A stretch of 64,000 nucleotides of DNA from Octopus sinensis (Eukaryota). The translations under genes were made by a program, and so were the position numbers. The DNA lies in NCBI RefSeq assembly GCF_006345805.1, contig NC_043019.1:14879360-14943359 (forward strand), given 5' to 3'. The notes under the pieces are model-generated. The model had not been told where the DNA came from, searched no databases, and was given only the letters and a program-made list of their open reading frames with translations. This document shows, piece by piece, positions 36,802-48,611 of this stretch (the stretch's first letter is position 1; each line of letters starts with the position of its first letter).

Positions 36802-37095
36802 GACGGACTTCTTTCAGTTTCCGTCTACCAAATTCACTCACAAGGTTTCGGTCGGTCCGTGGCTATCGTAGAAGATACTTGCCCAAGGTGGGACTGAACC
36901 CGGAACCAGGTGTTTCGTAAGCAAGCTAATTACCACACAGCCACTCCTGCGCCTACTACACAGTCACTCCTATATATGTATATATATATATATAGTATGT
37001 ATATATAGTATGTGTGTTTGTGTATATTTATTCAACGTAACACATATACTCAATCTTTTATTCAGCCAATGTTTGTAGCAGCTGAGTGTGTGTAT

Positions 37096-37130
<35 letters not shown>

Positions 37131-37132
37131 GT

Positions 37133-37184
<52 letters not shown>

Positions 37185-37679
37185 TGTTTAATTGCTGTAA
37201 CAAAGAATTGTCTTAGCAAGAACAAGTACCAAACATTTATTGGAAACTGGAAACTAACTTTAATAAGAGAAATATTTTAGATAATCCGGTCTAAGATTCG
37301 CTGAGTCTAGATCAAAGTGAAGAGGGCCACAGCTGGAATACATTTTATTAGAGGCTTACTTGATCAAGGACCAACCTAAAGTTAAACGACAAACTTCAAA
37401 CGGCTTCGGTCAATAAGCTTCGTGTTTTTAACAATACTAATACACACACACACACACACACACACACCACACTTGTTGATATATATAATTACGAGGAAAA
37501 CGCCTCCCCCGTCCAATGGACAGTGCTGAGTTGTCCAACATTTAAGCCAAATTTTCTCAAAACAACTTGTCCGACCGTCCCATAGGCCTCCCCTTTGAGA
37601 AACACTGATTTAACCTAAATTTGAGACACCAGCAAAAGAATAAATAAAGATAGACATTTTAGTCTATCTTTATAACAAT

Positions 37680-37950
37680 ATTACAATAGGACAATATATT
37701 ACAATAGGACAAAATTTATCCTGTTTACTCTCAACCGAAGTAAGGCCCTATAACCTCACTATGATTTCCCACGGCTTTATCAATCGCATTCTCACCTGGA
37801 ATCGATTTTTGTAATTTTTTCAAGACTTATACACGCCCTGAGACCGTCGGTATCTACATATCAAATTTGAGCGCAATCGGATGGAGGATGCCCGAGATCC
37901 TAGAAGACACACAGACAGACAGACAGAACGGATTTTATATAAGAGATCTC
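37680..37950 (+). mobile_element. Possible Helentron-associated (HINE/DINE-like) non-autonomous element
   Basis: Ends with caaatttgagcgcaatcgg...gagatc...(acag)n...ttttatataagagat, the characteristic HINE 3' architecture. Confidence 0.4.
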
Positions 37951-38449
37951 CGTTTCTGAAAGATATGTCATAATGACCAAAAATGCAACTGAGACCAGCT
38001 CCGTATGAGAAGGGGAGATAATCCTAAGAATCAAAAATTCTTCGAAGTTGATATGCATTTAAGGCAAAAGACTGGCTTATTGCCTGGAGATAAGAGGACA
38101 GTCGTGGACACATGTTTCTGTCCCGAAAGGATGAAAGGCAAATTTGACCCCGGTGGAATTTGAACCCAGAATGTAAAGTCGGAAGAAATGCTGTATAAAC
38201 GTTTTGTCTGACGTGCTATCGATTCTGTAAACTTGCCACTTTAATAGCAACGACACCTATTATCGTTGCCATTTTCCTTCTTCTCCACCGCTGTCAATTT
38301 TTTAAAAAATGCTAAAAATTATATGAACAAATAATTATAAACATTATGTGAATATTTACAAAAGAAAATCCTCAGCTGAAGAACCTACTAAGAAGTTGTA
38401 CGTGGATACTGAGATGATAGCAAAATAAGTACGGGATTAGACAGGCGTG

Positions 38450-38800
38450 CTAAAGTTAGTCTATGAATAATACTAAATAACATTCATAGAAAATGAAACC
38501 AGAGAAATTTGGAGAGAACCCGCCTATGTAAGTGCTTCGGCGCAGACGATACTGATAAGGCACAATATTATGAAACATAAGAGAAAAAAATGTAGAAAAG
38601 TGTACTAGATATGAGTGAGACTAATTTTAAATGCTGAATTCAATGCCAAGAATAAGATAATAGGTATAAATACACCAGTGACTGCGGAAATAGGTTTCAG
38701 CTTTAGTATAATGAATCAGAAGACAAGTGAATTGAAGAGCTTAGATAGGAGAATTTAGAAAACCACTCGAGGCAATGGAAACCTGGGTGTCTTGGCCACT
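38450..38800 (+). mobile_element. R4/Dong-type LINE RT remnant
   Basis: LILNAEFNAKNKIIGINT..FSFSIMNQKTSELKSLDRRI from 38621 resembles the R4-clade motif ELNAKNKI.AINT..YSFGIINW...L..LDRK. Confidence 0.55.
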
Positions 38801-39816
38801 TAGGCTTAAGTAAGCAAGGGCTTGACATGATTAGAAAATTATTACGAAATAACCATATTGGGATTAGAGAATAAAAAGACACAAAAATACTTGGAAGAAG
38901 CAAACGGTTCCGAGTTCACTCCCACTATGTGTCACTTTGGGAAAGTCTCTTCTAGATCAACCAAAGCCTTGTGAGTGGACTGCGATGGACTGGCGTCCCA
39001 TCCAGCTGGGGAACACATACGCCATTGAAACAGGGAAACCGGGCCCATGAGCCTGGCTAGGCTTGAAAAGGACGCATTTATTTATTTATTATATTTTTTT
39101 AATGAAATTTTCTTAAGACAAATTTTCAGTGGGTTAAATTGCGATTACGTTGATGAAATTTAGAAAAATAGTAATATTTGTTGCAAATGAGAAAACTGAA
39201 AGCAGAAGTTTTGTTAGGCCGGACATGTCGCAAAGTCCTCAGACAGGTGGACACGTGTAATAGGCAAGAAGTATTCAGGAGATATTTTAAACGCAAGTAT
39301 CTAAAATTGAAACGGGTTTATTAAGAAAAGAGTATAATATGAATCCAGGTGTATATATCCATCGTTACAAGACATCTGTTATAACAAGGGTTACACATAT
39401 ACTAAAAAAATCAAAATTGGGTAAAGACTCCCTTCGGTCATGAATGACCATGAGATTGCACCTGGAAAGTTCCCCTCCTAAGCATAAGTTCGGGCAAGGT
39501 TATTTTATGGATGACCAACAGTTGCCCCTGCATACCAGTCTCCCCTCTCCACGCCACCAGTGTTATCCAAGGGAAAGGCAAAGGGGCCGACACAGCTTGG
39601 CACCAGTGACGTCACAACTAATTTCTACAGATTAGTAAACTGGAGCAACGTGGATTAAAGTGTCTTGCTCAAGAACACAACACACAGCCCAGTCCAAGAA
39701 TCGAACTCACTACCTCATGATTGTAAGCCCGATGCTTTAACCACTGAGCCATGCACCTTCACATATACATATATTACCCAACCACCAGCCCAATTTGCAT
39801 AGCATATGATCTGCTC

Positions 39817-40076
39817 CAGTGGTTCTCAGCTATTTTTTCCTATGCACCTCCACCCACCCCTTGATTCTTATTTCGCTCGGATGAACCCTCATAAACATTT
39901 GATGCCTAAAAATAAGTTTATATTTTAATAGTTAAATACTAGGAATTATGTAAAAAAAATTGTTGGAATATTTTGTGCATTGTAAAGGTACGACCAATTC
40001 ATTGCAGATAAATTTTAACAAAATCTTACGCAAATGGAGTCCCAAAAGCTATATGAATCCTGGTTGAGAACCATTG
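39817..40076. mobile_element. hAT-type MITE, same family as 31340
   Basis: TIRs cagtggttctca...tgagaaccattg. 8-bp TSD not preserved. Confidence 0.7.
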
Positions 40077-41689
40077 ACCCATACGGTCACCCCACCCCCA
40101 TATTATCATACTATAACATACTATACGACCGTTGTGTAGAATAACTCACAACAGATTCTACGCATTCATAACCGCCCGTACTGTATAAACCGACTCACAT
40201 CCTACACAAATACATCCAAAAATGTTGTTGTTTGTTTGTCTCTTCTCGAGCCACGCCTGGCTCATAAGGGCCGGTTTCCCCGGTTTAATTGGCATATAAG
40301 TTCCCCACCTGGACGGGACGCCGGTCCGTCGCAGGTGAACTGCAAGATGCAGGAGGAAAGAGTGAGAGAAAGTTGTGACGAAAGAGTCAGCAGAACTTCA
40401 TTAACTTCTGCCGGAACCGCGTGGAGCTTAGGTGTTTCGCTCATAAACACACACATCGCCCGGTCTGAGTTTCGAACCAGCGATCCCTCGACCGCGAGTC
40501 CGCTGCTCTAACCACTAGGCCATGTGCCCCCTTACATCCAAAAATAATTGTTTCAAATTTTGGCACAGAGACAGCAGTTTTGTGGGGATGGGTTTAGTCC
40601 ACTAAATTGAGCCCAGTACTGACGAATGGTAAAGTTGACCCCGGCGAGAAATGAACACAGGTCGTAATGGCTTGGAAGAAATGTTATTAAACACTTCGTC
40701 CGACGCTATAACGATTCCACCAAATAGCAAGCCATGATATTCCTTTACGCTATAAACACGAAACCTGGAATTTCCGGGGGGTGGGGGATAGTCGATTAAA
40801 TTGACCCCCTAATGCTCAAATGGTATTTATTTCACTGAACCTGAAAGGATGAAAGGCAAACTTGACCATGGCAGAATTTGAACTCAAAACTAAGATGTAC
40901 GAAACGCCGCTAAGCATTTTGTCCAGCGTGCTAACGATTCTGCCAGCTCGCTGCCTAAATAATAATAATAATAGTAGAAATGATCAATAAGGGAACCGAA
41001 AATTATATGAGAATGATCCCTGGCTTACCATCCCAGCAAGAAGTGCAAAAGATTGTCTTAACTGGTACATCACACGTATTGAGAAGAGCATTGTCGATGT
41101 GAGAACTATTACTACCCATGTATTTTAATTTAACTTTATTTCTATCAAAAAAAAAAAAAAAATGAACGAACTAGTGAGTTTAGTTTAATGGCCTACCAAT
41201 GTATACTATGAGTTTCTTTGCCCTAGGAGTCGGGAAGACACTCAGCAAGAAATGGAAGCAAATTTGAAAGAAGAAGAAAAACCCATAATAATAATAATAA
41301 TGATAATAATAATCCTTTCGATTATTGGCACAAGGCCTGAAATTTGGAGGAGGGTATTAATCGATTATATCGACCCCCAGTAAAGGCAAAGTCGATCCCG
41401 GCGAAATTTGAATGCAGAACATAAAGGCGGACGAAATGCCGCTCAACATTTCGTCCGGCGTGCTAACGATTCTGCCTTTATAATAATAAGAAGCCTTTAT
41501 ACTATAGGCACAAAGCCTGAAATTTTGGGGGAGGGGACTAGTCGATTATATCGACCTCAGTGCGTAACTGGTACTAATTTTATCGAGCCCGAAAGGATGA
41601 AAGGCAAAGTCGACCTCGGCGAAATTTGAACTCAGAACGTAGCTAAGCATTTCGTCCAGCCTGCTAACGATTCTGCCAGCTCGCCGCCT

Positions 41690-41726
<37 letters not shown>

Positions 41727-41949
41727 TTTAGGCATAAGACCAACAGTTTTAGGGGGAGGGGCTTGTTTTATCGTCCTCGGAGTGATGAAAGGCAAAGTCA
41801 ACCTTGGCGGAATTTGAACTCACAACGTAATGAGTCGGAAGAAATATGGACAGGCATTCTGTGCAACGGGCAAATGATTTAATCAAATAGTAATAATTAA
41901 ACACAAGAACAGGCATTTCGTGAAAGAGATGCAGTCAGTTGTTAGTTAG

Positions 41950-42860
41950 AATAGAGAGAGAGAGAGAGGATGAGAGAGAGAGAGGATGAGAGAAGATAAG
42001 AGAGAGAGAGAGAGAGGATGAGAGAGAAGAGAGAGAGAGAGGAGAGAGGGATGAGAGAGAGAGAGGGATGAGAGAGAGAGAGGATGAGAGAGAAAGAGAG
42101 GAGAGAGAGAGAGATGAGAGAGAGAGAGGATGAGAGAGAGAGAGGATGAGAGAGAGAGGGATGAGAGAGAAGAGAGAGAGAGAGAGGATGAGAGAGAGAG
42201 AGAGAGGAGAGGAGGAGAGAGAGAGAGAGGATGAGAGAGAGAGAGGATGAGAGAGAAGAGAGAGAGAGAGAGAGAGAGGATGAGAGAGAGAGAGGATGAG
42301 AGAGAAGAGAGAGATGAGAGAGAGAGGATGAGAGAGAGAGAGAGACTCACAGAACTTGACTGACATTAAAGTTATCGACATTCCCCACCTCCTGAAATTT
42401 TAAATACAAAACGGAACCCGATGGGGACTTCGAAGCAAAGAGAGAGAGAGAGATGATAAGAGAGAGGATGAGAGAGAAGATGAGAGAGAGAGAGAGAGAG
42501 GATGAGTGAGGGAGATGATGAGAGAGAGAGAGCGAGTGGATGAGATATATAGAAATGTCAGAAAGGTTGAGAGAGAGAGAGAGAGATAAGTGGGAGAGAT
42601 GAGAGGCAGAGCGATGAGAGAGAGAGAGAGGGGATGAGAGAGAGAAGATGAGAGAAAGTGGATGAGAGAGAGAAGTAGTGAGGTGATTAGAGAGGTAGAG
42701 ATGACAGAGGTAGAGCGATGAGAGAGAGAGAGAGGGGGTAGATAAGAGAAGAGAGATACAGAGAAAGGAGAGGTAGAGAGAGAGAGAGAGAGAGAAAAGA
42801 GGTAGAGAGAGAGAGAGAGAAAAGAGGTAGAGGTAGAGAGAGAGAGAGAGAGATGAATAG
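41950..42860 (+). repeat. Complex polypurine (GA)n/GAGGAT minisatellite
   Basis: About 900 bp almost entirely G/A on the plus strand, with periodic GAT interruptions. Confidence 0.95.
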
Positions 42861-42931
42861 CTGAGTCAAAATGGTGGAGGAAAGACGAGGTCGGCAAAGT
42901 GTGGGAATGAAAAGTTGTATGTGAAACTTAC

Positions 42932-43144
42932 CTGAGTCAAAGGCCAACTTCGCGACATCTCATGTGTAAGATTTGGCGATTTCTTCACAAATATCTGCGA
43001 CAAACGACTGGTTTGCTTTCCGACCTCGGCACCTTTGGCCGAAGTCCCGAGGTGCACGTTTCGATCTCGCTTCGAATATCTGTGACACTCACAGACACTT
43101 TGATCACATTTACTACATTTGCCAACAACAGGTTGTCGATGAGA

Positions 43145-43181
<37 letters not shown>

Positions 43182-43508
43182 CTCTTGTTGTTATTGTTGT
43201 TGTTGTTGTTATTGTCGTTCCGGTTTTTGTTGTTGTTGTTGTCGATTTTACGGTTGATTGCATTTTCATGGTAGCTTTTTGTAATCCATGAGGTGCCGTT
43301 GGGATCCTTGGTTGAAGAACTGGTGCTGCCGCTGCAGGTGTCGCCGCTGTTGGAGACGGCGGCGGCGGCAGCGGCGGCGGCAGCGATGCCGAGACACAAG
43401 GGAGTCGCAGTTGAGTTATTCCGTCGTCGTGTGTCGCTGCTGTTGTCCACCTGGCAGAGTGATGTATTATCATCAACATCATCACCATCATTACTAGTAG
43501 TAGTAGTT

Positions 43509-43546
<38 letters not shown>

Positions 43547-43804
43547 TGCCCTGACAGCTGTGATTTCTGTGGAATAGTTATCACCGCTGCTGCTGCTGTT
43601 GTTGTTGTTATGATGATGGATATGCAACAAGTGTGTTTCGAAACCGTGGCACTGTTGCTGAGAGTAGTAGTCGTAGTAGTTACAGTAGTTTTGGTGGTAA
43701 TGGTGGCTGTTATTCTGTTCTTGTTTCTGATGATGATGCTGGTGATTGATGATGATGATGGAATAAACTGAAAGAACACTGTTCTCTGTCGTTATGGCAA
43801 CTGC
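42932..43804 (-). CDS. Putative coding exon (291 codons; His/Gln/Asn/Thr/Ala tracts, then a CxxC-x4-CxCH segment)
   Basis: The frame opens exactly at acceptor catctttctttag| (43805) and stays open to a perfect donor CAG|GTAAGT (42931). Length 873 nt, phase 0 at both ends. Includes supplied ORF 42866-43630. Confidence 0.55.
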
Positions 43805-43898
43805 CTAAAGAAAGATGCTGAGGATAGTGACAGTGCTGCTGCTGCTGCTGCTGATGATGATTATGGCGGTGATCACATAAACCGATGCTGCTTCTTAC

Positions 43899-44127
43899 AA
43901 AAACAGCCAACCGATAACCGACACGGTCACATGGTACTCCTTGTAGTAGAAGCAACGGTAGCGGTAGTTCTTGGAAGTTTTGCGTGTCGCATTCGTATGG
44001 GACACAAGGTTGAGAGTTCGCGTCGTCGGAACAGCAGTGGTACCGTCGGTGGTGGCAACAGCAATGCAGACAACATTCCAAACCTGTGACCCTTTCGTCA
44101 CTCGAACCTGCGACGGCACCGTCTGTA

Positions 44128-44173
<46 letters not shown>

Positions 44174-44589
44174 AGGTTATAGTATCCAAAGAAACTATAA
44201 GCGCAAGCCTTGCTGCTGCTGTTGTTGTTGTTGTTGTTAAGTGGATGGTAATAGCAGTAGTGGTGGCCACTGATGCCGATGACACCGTCTTCGTCATCAC
44301 AACCGCCACCAGCCGCGCCGCCGCCACCGCCGCCGTGACAATATCATCAACAGGTGCGACGCGAAGTCCGTCTGTCGCCGTTGCTTTGACAACGGCAGCG
44401 GGTTGAGGGGTGGCGATGACAGTGCTGGAAAGGAGGAGATGATGATGATGGTGATGATGATGATGATGATGCTGCTGGTGGTGAAGAGGAGAAAGAAGCT
44501 CAAGTTCACCGGTGATGTTCGCGACGCGACTGTGATTCGAACTTGAGTTGTCATTTCCCCTCTGCTTCATACAGTTACGACGATGTGGT

Positions 44590-44622
<33 letters not shown>

Positions 44623-45719
44623 CAATTATAACAGTAATAATCCACAATGTCCTCACAATGTTGCTGAAGTTGTTTGTGATGATGATGATGATGATGATGA
44701 TGGTAGTGATGATAATCGTGGTGGAGATGGTGGTGGTGATGGAGTGTGTGGCACCGCTGTTCTAAATGTAAGGTGTCACGGCGGCGACGGAGAAGAGGTG
44801 TGGTGGTATAGTGCTGCGTGTGTAAGGCGGGATGCATATATGTGTTGTTGTTGTTGTTAGTGTTGCTATTGTTGTTGTTGTTGTTGGTGGTGGTGACGAT
44901 GGCGGTGGTTGTGGCGTGTCGGGTGCAACGCGGATGGTGCTGAGAATGTCGACAACGACGATGATGATGATGATGATTGGGACGAAGCTGACGATGTAAA
45001 TAATGGTTATGGTTGTTGGTGTGATGATGATGATGGTGATGATTGTGGTGTTGGTTGTGGTGATTGTAACAATAACAGCAAAGATTATTACCACGCAGGA
45101 GAGGACAGCGGTCAAACTGACCATCCCGTTGGTTAGAAAGTTCAAATTGATTTCCGATAATGATTAAAGGTGAAAGGTCACCTACTGGTCCGTTATTCCG
45201 GATTGTTGAATTTGAGAGGTCATCTCTTAGTCCATTATTTCGGACAGCAAACCTGGAGAGGTTATCTCTCTGTCCATTTCGGACTGGTAAAATAGAGAGT
45301 TTATCACTTGGTAGCGTGGAGAGGTCATCTTTTAGTCCATTATTTTGGACAGGTAACGTGTAGAGGTCATCTCTCTGTCCATTCCGGACAGTAAACGTGG
45401 AGAGTTCGTCTCTTAGTCCATTATTTCGGACAGGTAACGTAGAGAGGTCATCTCTGGGTAACGTGGAAAGGTCATCTCTTTGTCCAATATTTCGGACAGG
45501 TAAAGTGGAGAAGTAATCTCTTTGTCCATTAGTTCGGACAGGTAAAGTGGAGACGTCATTTTCCTGTCGTAGGTCAGTATAAACTACATTTTGGCAATCA
45601 AAGAACTTTGTTGCCGTGTCATTGCACTTCCTAAAACTGTGAAGAACACAAAATGTTTGGAGACTGTCTAGATTCAATATTGCCGTCATGACTTGATTTC
45701 CAAGGTTTTCTGAAGTTGT
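43899..45719 (-). CDS. Large coding exon of an uncharacterised His/Thr/Asn/Cys-rich low-complexity protein; the unspliced ORF is 45689-43710 (659 aa)
   Basis: 659-codon ORF. The N-terminal tandem repeat RDDLSTLPVRNNGL varies only in whole-codon units (8, 13, 14 aa). Trinucleotide repeats (CAT, AAC, ACT) replace the dinucleotide repeats of the flanks. Polypyrimidine acceptor ...ttttcttcaag at 45720 and donor TTT|GTAAGA at 43898, both phase 0. No recognisable domain. Confidence 0.6.
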
Positions 45720-46039
45720 CTTGAAGAAAAGAGACGAAGAATAACAGAAGTAGTAGTAGTAGTAGTAATAATAACAATAATATTAACAAAACTAATAACG
45801 TTAGTAACAGAAAATCGTCGGATTAATATTGCCAGCGAAGTGAACTCGATAAAGGTTGCTAGGTAAGTGACCCGGCTGTGGATCTGTTGTAAGAATTTGA
45901 CGAGGTTATAATACGGGTAAAGCGGGTATATATTGGGAAGAACGGTTCCAGGAAGAAGGAAGCAGTTGGCTAGTTCCGGCAGATAACGGTTATAGAAGCG
46001 ATCGTAGTCGGCACAGAAGTGGTGGGTGGGTTTACATAC

Positions 46040-46279
46040 GGGCCGTTCGTTCTCCAGGTGGCCGTCCGTAAAGTTCGTTTGCTCCTCTTCCATCACCATG
46101 CGCAAAATGAACGGCAACGGGCGCGGGTCCCACTGCTCGGTCGACTTGCTGCTGCTGCTGCTGCTGCTGTTGCTGCTACTGCTGCTGGTGGTGATGATAA
46201 TAATGGTATTGATAACGATAGTGGTGATACGACTGGCTACAACTATTCCAAGTGCTGTTGTGGTTGTCGCTGTCTTTCC
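46040..46279 (-). CDS. Putative upstream coding exon (poly-Ser, then KSTEQWDPRPLPFILRMVMEEEQTNFTDGHLENERP)
   Basis: Frame open from about 46317 to 45686. Candidate acceptor cattaag| (46280) and donor CCC|GTATGT (46039), both phase 0 and in frame with the next exon. Splice sites are only moderate, and the frame continues in a coding-like way past the donor. Confidence 0.35.
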
Positions 46280-47548
46280 CTTAATGACGATGTATGATGA
46301 AATTAAAGAGAATAATCAGATTATTTTTTCTCTCTCTTTTACTCACAGTTTAGTCAGTGCGTGCGTATGTATGTATGTATATAATATATTTATATATGTG
46401 TATATGTGAGTGAGTATGTAAGCACGTCTCCGTGACAGTGTGTGATGGGAAAATGGGTGTGTTCTCGGTCGGGTAGGTGGAGATAGAAATAATCCAGGCG
46501 TGTTCCAAATTCTGCAATCGGTAGTCCTGTTGTTGTTGTTGTTGTTATTGGTGAGGAGAGCAGTTTGTCTCGGAAGTCACAGGTAAGAACTGGTCAACTT
46601 CTCCGTTACTCCTGCTGTTGTCATTTTGGTTGTTTTAAATATTTTTCCAGCCGCAGGAAATGAAATACAAGAGAAAAAAAGAAAAAAAGCTCGCCGTTAA
46701 TTTACGCTTAATTTGAAAGTACACCATATATAATCAAATATATATATATATATACATATAATTCTCTCTCTCTATATATATATATATTTATGTATATACA
46801 TACATACAAAGTACACTAATATATATATACACACACACACACACACTCACACACAAAGTGCACTGTATGTAAATATGCACATAATACACGCAAACTACAT
46901 TATATACACACACACTAAGTACAATATATATATATATATATATTATATATTATATATATACACACACACCACTCACGAAGTACTATAAATATATACACAC
47001 ACACTGACGAAGTACTATATATATAATATATATATATAATATATATATATATAATATATTTACACACACGAAGTACATATACATAAATAATATTTACACA
47101 CATGAAGTACAATATATGTATGTGTATATTATATATATATATATACACGCGCGCACACTCACTCGCTCGCTCAGTCGGTAAAGGCTGGACAGTCTTGAAA
47201 ACCTAAGTGAAACAACAGGAATTGTGAACGGTTAGCTAATCTGCTGCAGTCTGTAGTTCTCGGTGTAAAGTTGGAAGTCATTTAGTTACTCGCACTACAC
47301 CACATCCCATAACGAGAGAGAGAAGGAGAGAGACAGACAGAGAGAAAGAGAGAGAGAAGGAGATGATGTGGAGGGTGGGTGAGAGAGAGAGAGAAAAAAA
47401 GTCAGGCGCACCCTCTTCATAATAATACTCAAACAAACACACACGCACACATACAGGAGAGAGAGAGAGAGAGAGCCACACATAAAGATCATTAATAACA
47501 ATAGCCACGATATATCTAATAATAATGATAATAATAATAATAATAATG

Positions 47549-47579
<31 letters not shown>

Positions 47580-47681
47580 TAATAATAATGATAATAATAA
47601 TGATAATCGTACCAACTTAAATTTCGACAATAGCGCCGTATATAATAGATACAAGAGAATACTTAAATGATTTGGGATATG

Positions 47682-47718
<37 letters not shown>

Positions 47719-47835
47719 GGGAGAATAGTTTAGCAAATATTTGTGTGTATGTGTGGCTATCTTTAATGCATATATACACACGTATATAATCTATTGTATA
47801 ATGAATATACGTGTGTGTTTGTAGATATATATATA

Positions 47836-47874
<39 letters not shown>

Positions 47875-48104
47875 CACACGTGTATTTATGTACATATCGG
47901 TGTGTGTGTGTATATATATATATATTATATGCATACACACGTGCATGAGTATTTGTGCTTATTATATATATATATATATATATATATGAGTGTGTGCGTG
48001 TATCTATGCTTGTATATACACATACACGTGTGTGTGAGTAACTTGATATGCGCATATATGATACATGCATACACATATACAAACATGTAAATTCACGCAT
48101 GTTT

Positions 48105-48140
<36 letters not shown>

Positions 48141-48611
48141 GTATATATATATACTTAGACACACACACATTCACAGATACATATTTGTAGACACATACAT
48201 GAATCCATACACTCACAGATACACACACACACATACACGAACTACACTCACAAAATACACACGAATATATATATAATATATATATATACATACATATATA
48301 TACACATACACATACATACATGCACATACATATATATACATACACATACATATATATATATATACACATACATACATACATACACATACATACATATATA
48401 TACACATACATACACATACATACATACATATACATACACATACATACATACATATACATACACATACATATATATATATACATACACATACATATATATA
48501 TATACATACACATACATACATACATATACAATCACACACATACATACACACATACATACATCCATCCACCCCAAACAAAACAAAACAAAACAAAAATATT
48601 AAAATACTTAC

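Noticed and set aside
41935-42947. Leu/Ser-rich ORFs (also 60715-61317) and Arg/Glu-rich antisense ORFs
   Set aside because: Translations of (CT)n/(GA)n tracts.
45160-45560. Repeat array as a CRISPR-like locus (also the tandem SINEs at 52950-53575)
   Set aside because: No unique spacers of constant length and no cas genes. Eukaryotic context.
42962-46409. Plus-strand poly-Val/Leu/Met/Asp ORFs that look like transmembrane proteins
   Set aside because: Short, stop-interrupted antisense shadows of the minus-strand trinucleotide repeats.
46640-46690. Long polypyrimidine tract ending ..tttcctgcGG on the minus strand, resembling a mutated acceptor
   Set aside because: No AG at the expected position. 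It may be a variant or an assembly error, but cannot be supported without reads.
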